From Lama guanicoe (lineage: Eukaryota), in assembly GCA_013239625.1 (NCBI GenBank), contig MU054187.1, positions 23,374,795-23,438,794 on the forward strand: a stretch of 64,000 nucleotides of DNA, given 5' to 3'. Position numbers and translations under genes: made by a program. This document shows, one piece after another, positions 24,474 through 36,955 of this stretch. The notes beneath the pieces were generated by a model that was not told the DNA's origin, searched no databases, and saw nothing but the letters and a program-made list of their open reading frames with translations. The first letter of the stretch is position 1. Each line of letters opens with the position of its first letter.

Positions 24474-27459
24474 AAAACTAACACTGAAAGGCTAAGTAAG
24501 CAGCCCAGGAGCTAGAACTGTAAGAGGAGAGCACCGTGGTTGGAATCCAGGGGCTTTTTATCTGCACAGCCCAGGCGGCAGCTGCTGGTCTGTGCCTTTT
24601 CCTGAGCACACAGCGAATCAATTTCAACACTCCTGTGCGCCTCGCTTCCATGTCGTCCCAGAGCCCCTTTCCACCCAGCACATCAAGAAGGCATTACCAG
24701 TCAGCTGGCCTGGGGTACAACTTAAAGCCTGTTTTCCTTCTCCGGTCCTTGCGTTGTCCACTAGAGCAGGCTGCCTCTTGAGAAATGATTACATAGTGGC
24801 TACTTCCCAGATGCTCTAAGGTTTAAAATACCAAAACTCAGATCATCCATGTGGCTGATTAATGTTTTCAAAGGCCTCAGTGAGTGAATATTAAATAGAT
24901 TCTGTTCAGGGCATCGGCCACTTAGTAGAAGTATATTTTCCTCTTTGGAAAGCGGCTTTGGGACAGCTCATTAACATGACACGATAAATTAGTAATTTTG
25001 CAAACTAAAGAGTACTTTAGTATATTGAAGGGCTCTGAAATAATGCAGACTCTTGAAGGGCTATCAGGGAGCTGCTTAGGCAAAAAGGATATATGCAAAA
25101 AAGGAATTGAAAAAAGATGGAGGAGCAGGATTGTTAATTTATGTTAAGGCTTCAAAGCAGGATGAAATGAGAAAACAAACAGAGCCTCTCAGTTTGAGTG
25201 GGTTGGTAGGGGTGGGTAAAGCGCTGATCATGTTCTGTCTTCCGTGATTGTGCTGCAATTCTCTGGTCCTTAAATGGTGCTGGCAACAGTGGAATTGATT
25301 GGGGGCGAGAGATCAGATACAAGTAGTACCTAGCAAAAAAATCCATGATAGAGGGGAGGATGTGACTGAAGTATCTGAATGCTTTCTTGCTTTCACTGAA
25401 ACATAGTTTTCTTTATAGGGAACAACTATGTTTTCATTAGAGCTGATATGTGAATTGTTTTCATATTTTTTTTTCTAGGCTCCAAAGGTACACTCTTCCT
25501 GCTTTACTCATGTTAATAGTAAGAGGGAGGCTAAAAGATGTTCTCAAATAAATGACTGTGCATACCACAAGATCCAGGTTCTTTCTCAGACATATCTATA
25601 GGGAGAAATTGACCTAAAGAAATGTTTAAGAATGCCAAGATCTCTGTTTAGATTGAGGCAGAAATAAGCATCCTTTTCTTATTCTTATCCAGTGAGGATG
25701 GCCAGAGATTCCAGGAAGTTCAAGTACAAAATTAAAAAATTTAAAAAAGAAATCTGGGGTAATAGAAAAACTTAAAAATTTGATTTCCATCCATCGAACT
25801 TTTGTTTCTTTGCATTCTTCCAGTTGCTCTTTCTTTATGACTTAAGAAATTTTGCAGGAGCCTCCCCCCCCGCCGCCACCCAGTTGTCCAAATGAAAAGT
25901 AAGGTGTGCTAATCTTTGACGAAATATGACTTGAAGTTTATGGGAATTGTCTCTCCTTTAAAAAATTCACAATACAATGATACAGCAAAAAATGCAAAAG
26001 CAGTGCGGAGAAAGGAGACAAGCACAATTGGAGAGCAATGGTAACGCGGCATGGAACGTTTAGAATTTCTCACCATTGTCTTTGTGACTATCAGCAAAAT
26101 GCAGCCAGACAGTTTCATAAGTACATAGAGCCCGCTATTGCTTTAATAAAAATTTAAATCATTTTCAAATGATGATTTTCATGCAAGATGAGCATAAATG
26201 ATCTCTTTAACTGCTCATGACATTGTAACCTTAGACTTCCCTTCCAACCTTTGGGAAATGGACTGGGGATAAGATGACAGCATTCCATCAAGGAGAGACT
26301 AGTTCTTAATGAGTTATTTTGAGCTTAGGAAAAACTGTATATGACTAAGTACAGACGTTTGCTGTTTTTTGATGTCTTATATTATATCCTTTGCCTTTAT
26401 TAGTTTTCTCTTTCTCATGGGCTTGTCTCTCTATCTACAGATGTATTCTCTTCTTAGGCAAATCATACAAGTTCTTTATAACTGTGGTCTTACCTCAGAG
26501 TCAGTCTTTGCTTTTCTACATTCAAATAACCACCACTTAGCACCCTCCAGCCTAAAAGCAGAATACTATTCAAACTGGAAAATATTTCTGGCTTCTTTTG
26601 TCAAACATGGGACTGCAAATATTTGGAGCTCTCCTTTTCTTTAATTTGATTGGTAAAATGGCCTTGTCCTTTTGTCCAGGCAATGAGCATAGTTTGAAAG
26701 ACATACAGGTGTTCACAAACACCTGGATAAGGATGCTATAAAGAAGCAGTATGAACTCACACCACCCCCATTCGTTCGTAAGTGCATACATTTTCTCATC
26801 TCTGCTACAACAATCTAGGAGTTGATAATGGAACTTGAGACAATCACAGAAATGCTATTCTTCTCATTTGAATACACTTGTTATCCATAAAGTAAGGGGC
26901 AGCTAAGCACTTTCTAGTCCCAGAAATCAACTACTACCTAATTTGATAGACCCCAGGTGACTTTTCATCGTCTCTAGAAAGAGCAAAACGAGTCTTAGTC
27001 TTATTAAGCCCCTGCACTGCATCAGGCAATGACCTCAGTAGTTTTTTGTTGTTTTTTTTTTTTTCCCTCATTTCATTTGATTCTATCAGCAACCAGAGGA
27101 AACATGTATTATTATCCTTCCTCAAAAACACATAGGCACATCTGGATTTGAAGCCTTCTTTGTTTAATTCCAAAGCATACACTTGACCATGGCACGGGGT
27201 ATGGAGGGTGAGGGGTGTTGCTCTAATTTCCCTAATCTTTCAAATTTCAGAAATATAGATCCTGGGAGCCTAGTCAGTTCCTTAAATTCTTATAACAGCT
27301 TCCAGAAACTATTTTGGGTATTTTTTTCCCTACTGTGGGCTATCGACACCTCCTATGAATTTGATATTTGGGGAGAAGTCTTCAATCTATATTTTTTCAG
27401 GGATGTTCTAAAATCAAAGAGCCTAATATTTGAGAGAAACTCTCTGGAGAGAATATGTA

Positions 27460-27660
27460 TTTCCACAGCCTGCTTAAAATGGACCACTGAACCTTAGAGC
27501 CAAAGCTTCACAGCCTAACAATTCAGACACTGGCCTGGGATCCCCCAAAGGTAGCCTTCTTAATTCCCCATGTTTCCTCATCCACTCACCCTGTCTCAGC
27601 ATACTTAAGAAGTTACCTCCTGCATCGCCAGGGCTACTCCTTTGGATCTTCCATGGTTCT
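27460..27660 (+). mobile_element. Degraded L2 fragment
   Basis: ccacagcctgcttaaaa...ccaaagcttcacagcctaacaattcagacac. Confidence 0.4.
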
Positions 27661-28390
27661 GCTTAATAAAACCACGTATCCCATTCAGTAAAGTTTGATG
27701 ACAGGGATTCAGAAATATCTCTGATTACCACCCCAACTCTCATGCATTAGACAGTGTGTGAGTTCAAGACCCCAAGGAAACATCAATCTATGGTTTCCTA
27801 TCTAAAATATGCTAACTAATATGTATTACTCCTGTTTATAACTATCTCAGTTTATGGCCTTACAATGTATGGAAAACTATGATCACATTTTAAATGAGTC
27901 CCTATTTGAGCCAATGAGTTCTCCCTAGCGGACCACTCAGAGCCGGGTTTTGCAAATATTGTTAATTAAAATTTATTGATGAAAGCGTATAAGTAAAGCA
28001 GTGCAACCCCAATTTAATACTGACATTGAGAAAAAATTAATTAATTAAAAACTATCATTATTCATTAATGCGGACTTTTTCTTTTTATGGTTACATGTTC
28101 CCTAAAAATAGAAAACATGCATTCTTGTTTAGTCTCTTGGATCATAGTATAGTATCACTCTTTTCTAAAAAGTGGAGCAAATATGGACATGAATTGACTA
28201 GAAAATGTAAACATATGTGCATGGCATGGACCATGCGTTTACTTGTGCTTTCTTATGTATCCTTAAGACACCATCAAGATTGTAATATACAGAAATATTG
28301 GTACTATGTACACAAAGAAAATAGGAAATAGCTCTTGTGCAATTAAAAAGTGAAAAAAGAAATACCCAGTGTATGTATATACACTGTATA

Positions 28391-29024
28391 TAGTTGGTCC
28401 TCATGATTCACATATTCTGGATTTGTGAATTTACCTTGCACTAAAATTTTCTTATAGTCCAACCCTAAAGTCAATAATTCTGATACTTTTTCAGTCTTTC
28501 ATGGACATGCACAGAGCGGTGCAAAATTGGATTTGCCCAGAGCACACGTTCCCAGCTGAGATCAAACGTGGTGACACTTTGCCCCCTTGTTTCAGCTCTT
28601 ATACTATAAACAAGTGTTTTTTTGCAGCCACGCTTTTAGCATTTATGCTTTTTGTTGAAGTTTTGCTATTTAAGATGGCCCCCAAGTGTGGTGGTGAAGT
28701 GCTGTCTAGTGTTCCTGAGTGCAGAGGGCTGTGATGTGCCTTATGGAGGAAGTAAGTGTGTTAAGGAAATTTTGTTTAGGCATGAGTTACAGTGCCGATG
28801 ACCGTGAGTTCAGTGTTAAGGAATCAACATATTCAGTAAGGAATCTTTAAACAGAAATATACGTAAAGTAAGGTTGTGGTTCAATCAGCTGACAAAAATG
28901 TGACCAGTGGCTCCCAGGAACCTAACGCAACATTTTCTCTTATGTGCAATGTTTCGATATCTACTAATTTAATCTTTTGGTAACTTTATAGAACATAATT
29001 ACCAATAATAATGAAAATTGACTG
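28391..29024 (+). mobile_element. MER82 TcMar-Tigger DNA transposon, full length
   Basis: TA on both flanks; cacgttcccagctgagatcaaac...aagatggcccccaagtgtggtggtgaagtgctgtctagtgttcct...actttatagaacataattacc...gaaaattgactg. Confidence 0.9.
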
Positions 29025-32000
29025 TATATGCATTTAAATGTATATAAACACAGATTTATATGTTTATATGAATGTAAACTACGCTTGTTTATATCTTTAT
29101 CTCATACGTATTGATCTGTCTATTCACTCTTCAAATCCACTTTTTTTCCCTCAAATTACAGAATTTCTGGTGTCTCTATACACTGTTTCTTGCTATATTA
29201 TTATACTACACTAAAATCATTGGTTTGACACTAACGACTGCTACTATGTGCTACCTTATCCTATGTTTTTCTTAAATGTCTGAGTCTCAATTTTCCCAAC
29301 TTTAATATTGTGCAAGAATAGCTTGTTTGTGATAATTAAATAAATAAGTACGTGAAAGTACCTGGAACTAGTAAACCCAAACACTCAGTGATTAAACCTC
29401 CTGCTTCTCAATATCCAACCCAGTGATTTGTTCTTGTTGTTGTCAAACAGAGCGTATCATTTGGGCTTCGTGTTTCTTTCAAGTTAATTAGCATAGAACG
29501 ATAGCAGGTTTTATCTGTTGACAATGTATTGCTTCACGACTCTTCTACCTTATCCCATTTCTTAGGGCACACAAAACTAGTTTAAAACAACTTCATTTTT
29601 TTTGTTTTAAAGAAAATGAGATCATCTGAACTACTTAGAAAGCAAGGAAACAGCCTGCTTCTGTGAAGCGGGCAAATTGGAGTCCAAGGGAATCACAGCT
29701 TCTTGAGCAAAACGTGAACAGTAACTAATGGGACCTGATTTGTCCACCTATTTTGTGTCCTGAAATTGTAATTTGGAATGTTTAGTCAGAATTCTCTAAC
29801 TGATAAAAGCTGGGAAATTAGAGCATATGAATCTTGTGATGGGAAATCCCTAAATGGCTAAAGACTCCGTAATCACACTCCTCAGTGGTACCCAACTCAG
29901 ACTTGCTCTTCTCCTGGCGCTTCTCTGGATGATGAAGCAGGGGCTGATGGAGAGGCAGTGAGGCGCGATGGGCTCGTGCGCGATGGGCTGGTGGCACGGT
30001 GGGTGTGAGGGGCGGAGCGCGGCCCTGGGCGTGAGTGCAGTGGTGCAGTGCAAGGCATGAAACATCTCCCGACGAAATAATATGTGGAAAAGTTGGAAAG
30101 TGCCATTCAGCTGAGAGTCATCATGGTTAACGCTAGTCTAATTCCATTCCTTCTGCTCTAACATGAAGAGTAGGATTGGGAAGGACTTTGTAAATAAACA
30201 GTGACTTATGAATATATAATTATAAAGTAATGAATCCTGCATTTTAAAATTTCATTTCATAAATGCATTCAGCAAACATTTATTGACTGCCTGAATGTTT
30301 TATGGCATGAATATATTTCATTTGCATGTCAAATTAAACATTTCAGAGAGAACAGAAATCACTGAGTATTTATCCAACGTTTCCCCTAATGCTGGAATTA
30401 TTGTCTTAATCTCTGCCATGGCCTCATGCCCCAATTTCTCAATTCTCCCTTCAGATTCTCGGAAAGCAAAGAATTATTGCTGCACGTCTAGCCTCATACT
30501 GTGTTCTGTTCTGCCAATTGTTTCTCACAAACCTATATTGGATTCATATTTAGAAATTGGTGACTAGATAGAGTTGGGGAAAGTGTTTTTTAAATTACTC
30601 TTGATGAGATTAAAATATCACAACCATCCAAATAGAACAGATTTTTAAATAAGTTTTCTGAGCTAGTTAGGACCTTCTGTGATAAGGGTCTGAGAATGGA
30701 AAGACATGAGAGGGAAGTCTTCTGGCCTGCCCTGAATCTCATCTTGTTGCTCTCATGTGTCGAAACAAAAAATTTCAGGAGAGTCCTTTGACCATTCATT
30801 TTTTTTTTTTAAGTAGACTATCAAGTTTTCCTGAATTTTTTTTAAGTTTAGCACTAATCTCAGATACTCACAGTCTTTCCTATTAGAATTTTCTTCTCAT
30901 TGCCAGCCTTGAAAAGAAGTAAAGCTTTGTTTCACTGCTTTGTGGAGTTATTATTAGCACAGCCCATTACAGCCTGGTGTTTACCTTCTTGGAGAGACAA
31001 GCGACGGGGTTGAAGTGTTCATTTGATTTCACTTGAAAGATTGCACAGCAATTACGACATAGTGTATTGAGTTGGAGTCTGAAGCATCTGTCTGAGCGTT
31101 CATTCTATAGGATGTCAGTCATAATTGAAATTAGAACCATTTAGCTGTAATGCTTTTTTAAGGTCCCGTTACGGAAATGGTAACACTAATGTCAATTCGT
31201 GAATAAGGCTTTGAAATACAGGAGAATCTGCTTCCTAACTGGCAGAGTTTCTTAGAGGAAGAACACTGACACATTCACATCAAGAGACAAAAATGCAACT
31301 GATTTGTCATTTAGCATTCTGCCATCCAAGAGACTCATGTTTGCTGACAATGGACTCATTAGAACCTTGCTCCTACTGCCAACAGGCACAGGGGAAAAAA
31401 TGGAAAGTGTGCTGGCAGTTTCCAGTGTTGATGGAAGAATCAAAGTGGCCTTCAATGGGCCTATGGTAAAGGGGAGCTTTGTTCTGCGTTCCAATAGGCC
31501 TAAAAACGGTCATTTTGTAACTCAATAAAAGTGTGTGTTCTAGAAAGTCAGAGGGGTTGTTTGTTAATGCACTAAGGCTCCAACAGAGGAAGCTGGGTTA
31601 AATATGTCACTAGAAAATTTATGAAGCATGGAGGAGGCTTCCTGACTTTAGGTCCCCTAAAGAATTAGTATTAATAGAGAAAAATCAGAGGGAAAAGCTT
31701 TTAGTGGGAGCCACAAAATAGGATAACTCCATGAGCTTTAGAATTAATTTGGGGTGAAATTTCTCCAAATGAAATTTACTGCTTCTTTTTGAGAATGCTG
31801 CAATCATTCAGTTAGTAACTTACTGTTACCAGTAGATCCTGGAAACTCTGCGTGTGTGTATTTGTAACCAATCTCCATCATTAATCCTTTTTGTTAATTG
31901 AACTTGACTGGGACCCTCTGCACTGGAGGAAGCTATACATACATCTTCAGTACTGCAGTATATGTTTCTTCCATGGTGTCACAAAATATTACCCTGCAGG

Positions 32001-33346
32001 GTTTTCCCACACCCATCACTCTATGTTTCAGTTCTGATGGTTCAAGAAACCTGGAGGAAAATGTGTAACATCATAACATAGACGCCTCTGATTGCTGAGA
32101 TATAAGAACGTTCCCTCTGGGTAATCATCCCCACATCTAAATTAATACAAGAAAGCACTGAAGGTTGTTTTGAATATTTTGAGGAATAGTTAGAAATTTA
32201 GTTCTTAAGGATTAAATTTATTAGTAGAATGCAAAGTGCAATGACTGTAAAGTCTGAAGATGTTCATACACTCAATTTCAACTGTCTGCACTAATTTATA
32301 GGAATTAAAATTATTCATGTATAAATTTCCAGCACTGAAAAACTATATGATTGGTATTTTCAAGCACTTACCAGTATGTGAATAAGAGATAAAATCAGAT
32401 TGACAGTAATAACCCAGACATTGTCTTACCTAGGCTCACAAAGGACGCTCTTGCCAGGTGTTGTCAATGTTCAACTGGGTATCTTCAAGGTACCAACATG
32501 TGTATCAGGCATCTTTGCCATATTTTGAGCCCTAGGGCCATCAGGGCACCAAAGCACCTCCATGTTCTACTGCAAAGGAGAGATTGACCCCTCTCCTTTA
32601 TATGTTGTTAAATTCAAAGGCACCAAACACATGGCTGCTTCTGACTCTGAATTTTAGTGCAACAGCTTTTTGTAAAGATACATGTCTACAGAACTCAAAA
32701 TAAACTTATTTTCTTTTTCACTCTAATCCACCTTCATTTCTAAAGTGGAGGAGTTCAGGTGGTTTGTTTAAAACATTTTCAATAAATTGAATATTGCTTT
32801 TCTCTTCACAGAGTTGTTAAAACCCATTGAAATAGCTAAAATATGAAATATCTAAAATCAGGATCCTAGTTTTCCATTTAAAAAGTGATTCTTTCAAAAC
32901 TTTTCCCCAGTAAAAGATAACTATATCTTTCTAGTAGCTTGGGCCAGAATCCTTGGAGTTACCTTGACTTAAGGTTTTTCTCTCACACCCCATCCTAAAC
33001 ACCGCCAATTACTGTTGGCTCTATCCTTAAACGATACTCAGAACTTAACGTTTTTCTGTCTCCACTGTGAATGCTCTGTTCTAAGCCATCTTCATCACAG
33101 TGTGGATGGTTGCGTCAGTGTCCTTTATGTGTTACTCTGGCGTCCAGTCTCTGCCCTAGAATCAGGAGGAAGGAGCGATCCTTTTCATATGTGAGTTGGA
33201 CCTTGTCACTCCTCTGTGTAAAACACTTCAAGATTGGTTCTCAGTCAGACTCAATGCTAGAGAAGTTATGCACACAGTCCCATCCCTCACTTCCTCCCCA
33301 GCAATGCACCTCCTACTCCCCATTTCCACAGCACCCACACTGGGAC

Positions 33347-33850
33347 TGTAACTAAGTCCAAACTCTTTTGGCCAATAAATTGGGAGATGAGATGTTGGGG
33401 CAACAAATAGCGACTTTATTTGGAAAGCTGGCAGACCGAGAGGATGGGAGACTAATGTCTTAGAGAACAATCCTGCTCTAGTCAGAATACAGGCTCATTT
33501 TATACTAAAAGGGGAGGGGGTGTGGTTGGTTGTTGCAAACTTCTTGCTGTGGGAATACTTTGTTCTTACAGCTGTCCACATGGGTCAGATCATGGTGTCC
33601 CTGTAAACCTCCAACAAAACAAATGTTATTTTCCATTCTGCAACTTGTTATCTTTATATAAGTGCAAAAGTGATAATATCCTTAAAGGTCAAAGCCTTGA
33701 GAATACGCTCTCCTGTACATTTCAGGCTCAAAGCACCGTTCTTTTGCAAAAGGTGAAGAGCTAGCAGGAGTAAGCCTAGAAAACAGGGCACAGGGTTAAA
33801 GCCAAAGAAACAGATCTAATATGGAGTCAGATTTGTTCTTTTCTGTTACA
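33347..33850 (-). mobile_element. ERV1-class solo LTR (504 bp) inside L2
   Basis: tgtaac...gttaca termini, perfect 4-bp TSD ggac (33343-33346, 33851-33854), reverse polyA signal in gactttattt. Confidence 0.9.
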
Positions 33851-33981
33851 GGACCTCCGTCTAGTTCTTGCAGGAGCTGCAGTGTCTGCTCAGATCATAT
33901 TGGCACTGAGCCTCTCCCTAACCACTCTATGTTAAGCAGCACGCACACCCCCATCAAACATCTTCTACCCCATTAACCTGT

Positions 33982-34130
33982 TTCATTTATTTATTTGTTG
34001 ATTATGTCATCCACCAAACACTCATCGTGTGCCTATCTTGTTCCAGGCATGACTGTAGTTTCCAAGGACACAGCGGTCAACAAAAATAGTCAAAAAGGCT
34101 GTTCTCATGGGGTCTACGTGCTGGAGGCAC
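33982..34130 (-). mobile_element. L2 3' end nested antisense in the host L2
   Basis: tcatccaccaaacactcatcgtgtgcctatcttgttccaggcat...ggacacagcggtcaacaaaa. Confidence 0.65.
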
Positions 34131-34529
34131 ACACATTTTCCCTAACAGTTACCAAAATGTGATACACTATATATTTACTTATTGGGAATTCAGGTTTTTT
34201 TGCATGTGTGTCTGTTTCTCCTCCATTAAATAAAGTTCTATGAGAGCAAGGTGCTTGCTTTGTTCACTGCTAAGTCCTTAGAGCTTAGATACTGCTTGTC
34301 ACATGATAAGGGCTAAATAAATATTTTATGACTGCATAATAAATGAATGAGTGGGTGGATTTAGGCCAAAAAACTAATTCTGCCCTCACTTTTTCTACAG
34401 ATCAGGGTTGGAAAGTGACCCCTCCACCAAACTGCTTTCCAGATAACAGACAAGCTAGCATTCTCAACAATCACTTTATGTTTAGCATTCTGAATTTAGA
34501 AGGTGTTCTTTAATAAAAGATCAATATCC

Positions 34530-35180
34530 AAAATATTAATTATAACAATGCTATTTTTCATTTATAAAGTCAGCTGATATACATATTAAATGACAATCTT
34601 AATTAGAAAGCATTGCCATAAATTGGCACTCATGAAAGGTTGTTGGAAGAATGATTTGATATGAACTTTCTGGAAAGCAAATTTGACTTGCATTTGTTTC
34701 CCCAGAAATCCAGCACCTAAGAATTTGTCATAAGTATATAATAAGAGAAGCCTGCAAGTTATGCACAAAAGTCATTATCCAGGTGTTATTTGTAGTAGTG
34801 GGAACTTTGAAGTAATATACACATCCAACAGAAAGGATAAATACAACAAGAAGGTTAAATAAACTGTGGTTCGTTCATGTTGAATACCATGCTTGTGTTA
34901 AACTCCTAAGTTCCAAGAATATTTAGTGATATTGAAAAATATTCATCATCTAAAATAAGAGAAAAAGCACTATATAGAATTGTATGAACAACACAATCTC
35001 AATGTTCTAATCATCTCATAGGACAAACACCGAAGAATCCTAGGGTAGTAGTTACATACCGGTGACAGAATGATGGATACTTTTGATTTGGGATTTTTTT
35101 GATGGATTACTTTTTATTTATTTTTGTATTTCTAAATATTTCTCAGTGAGTACACATTATTTTCATAAGAAAAAATGTTA
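34530..35180 (+). mobile_element. Old L1 (L1MC5/L1ME-type) ORF2 end and 3'UTR
   Basis: actttctggaaagcaaattt...ccagaaatccagcacctaagaattt...ggttaaataaactgtggt. Confidence 0.65.
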
Positions 35181-35214
35181 TAAAATTGCTGAATGTTTGA
35201 ACTAACTGAAAAGA

Positions 35215-35570
35215 GAGTTTAAATACCACCTCTTCAGATAGGGCATCGCTATGAAAAAGCATGACACCCTATAAAAAAAGGGCTGACTATCCATCGACCA
35301 TTATGCCTCTCACTTTATCCTACTTCAATCCTTTTTGCAACATTTTTTTGCCTCCTGGCATATTATAACACTGTGAACTTGTATTTTGTTTGCCTCTCAA
35401 CCCATTTCTATTAAAATGTAAGCTGCATCCTTAGAGCAAGGATGCTGAATAGTACGCCCACTGCTCTCCTTCACTTGCACCCAGATCAGTATTTGACACA
35501 TAACAAGTACATAGTAAATATTTGTTGATTGGATAAATAAATGAATGAATGAATTGCATAATGAATGAAT
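35215..35570 (+). mobile_element. L2 3' end
   Basis: aaatgtaagctgcat...gtaaatatttgttgattggataaataaatgaatgaatgaa. Confidence 0.7.
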
Positions 35571-35574
35571 CACT

Positions 35575-36660
35575 TCTGGTCATGTAATGTTGGACAAATT
35601 CCTTAAATCTGAGTCTCAGTTTCCTTATACATAAAACAAGGGTAATAATATTTTCTATACCTGAAATAAGAAATACATATGTTGGTCTCTGCCCCCAGTT
35701 CCTGGCACAGAGCTCTTAATAAATTCCAAAGTGATGGCATCACCTTTCTTTCTACTGAGGTGACTCCAGGTGGGCTCTTGGTTGGCTCCTGGATACGCTG
35801 GTCACCTGAAAGACCAAGCAATGATTGGAAGCTCAGAATTTTCAACCCCATCCCTCTTCCTCCAGAGAAAGAAGGGATGCTGGAAATGGAGTTAATAATT
35901 GTTCACACCTACATGAGGAAGCCTCCATGAAACCCCAACAGCACGGGTGTCAGACAACTTCCAGGTAGGTGAGTACATCCACACCTGGTGGGTGACACAC
36001 CCCAACTTCACAGGGACAGAAACTCCTGTGCTAGTGAACAGTAAGTAAGTGTTTGCCTGAGTTCCGGGAGCTGCTCTAGCAAATGAATCAAACCCGAGGA
36101 GGGGGTCGTTGGAACCTCTGCTCAGAAGCACAGGTGAAATCCAGGCTTTGAGACAGGCACCCGAAGGCTGGGGGAGGGGAGGGCAGCTGCGGGTCTGAGC
36201 CCTTAACCGGTGGGACAGTGTAAGGATTGCGCTGAATTGCAGGACACTCAGCTGCTGTCACAGAGAATTGCTTGGTATGGAGAAAAGGTCTCCACACCTT
36301 TGGTGACCAGAGTGTCCTGTGTGGGTGTGGTAGTTGTATGAAAGTAAAGGAGACGCACGGGAAAGAAAGACCCAGGAAGTGAAAAACTGGGTAGTTTTTC
36401 TTTTTCTTTTTTTAATTCTCTCTTCTTTATATTATATTTTAAATTCATAAAAGTAGCATATGAATACATATCAGTCAAAAAGAAATTCAAACAATAAAAT
36501 AACATAAAACAGCGATGAAAGTCTCTACTAAAAACTGGGTCGTTTTCCTGCACTATCTCATAAAACTATGAAAAAAATGAGAAAATGAACGTAAAGTGTA
36601 TAATATCGTGCCCAGCGCACAGTAACTGCCATTTGTCATCTGTAGCTCGTTCATTATTAT
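35575..36660 (+). mobile_element. MIR split by a MER21 LTR
   Basis: ggacaaattccttaaatctgagtctcagtttccttatacataaaacaagggtaataata (to ~35655) resumes at ~36553 ctatctcata...gtgcccagcgcacagtaa. Confidence 0.65.
35659..36552 (+). mobile_element. MER21-family ERVL LTR
   Basis: aataagaaatacatatgttggtctctgcccccagttcctggcacagagctc...aaagaccaagcaatgatt...gctgctctagcaaatgaatcaaacccgaggagggggtcgttggaacc. Confidence 0.9.
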
Positions 36661-36918
36661 TTGCATGACTGTCTCCTGCTCCCCCTCCAAACCTTTGCTG
36701 GATTATGAGTATCTTCATGGTCAGATGCCCCCGTTAGCTTCATGTTTCCCGTTGCCTTTCACAGAGCTCTGTGCACGGTAGCTGGTGTGGGTCTATTTAT
36801 TACTATAAATATGAAATACATCAATTGTCTAAATACTTAATTTCCTAAAATGCTTTAGAATCTTTCTGGACAATTTCCTCAATTACCAAAAATACCCTTC
36901 AGTGCTGATAGCCTTTAC

Positions 36919-36919
<1 letters not shown>

Positions 36920-36953
<34 letters not shown>
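36920..36953. repeat. (AC)17 microsatellite
   Basis: perfect dinucleotide run. Confidence 0.97.

Positions 36954-36955
<2 letters not shown>

Larger units (their letters stand above)
32900..34360 (+). mobile_element. L2a-like element hosting nested insertions
   Basis: ccagaatccttggagttaccttgact...tcactcctctgtgtaaaacacttca...ttgttcactgctaagtcc...aataaatattt...aatgaatga terminus. Confidence 0.8.

Noticed and set aside
29850..30106. Coding exon in the GC patch
   Set aside because: Frames close quickly, give no recognisable protein, and lack a convincing splice-site pair.
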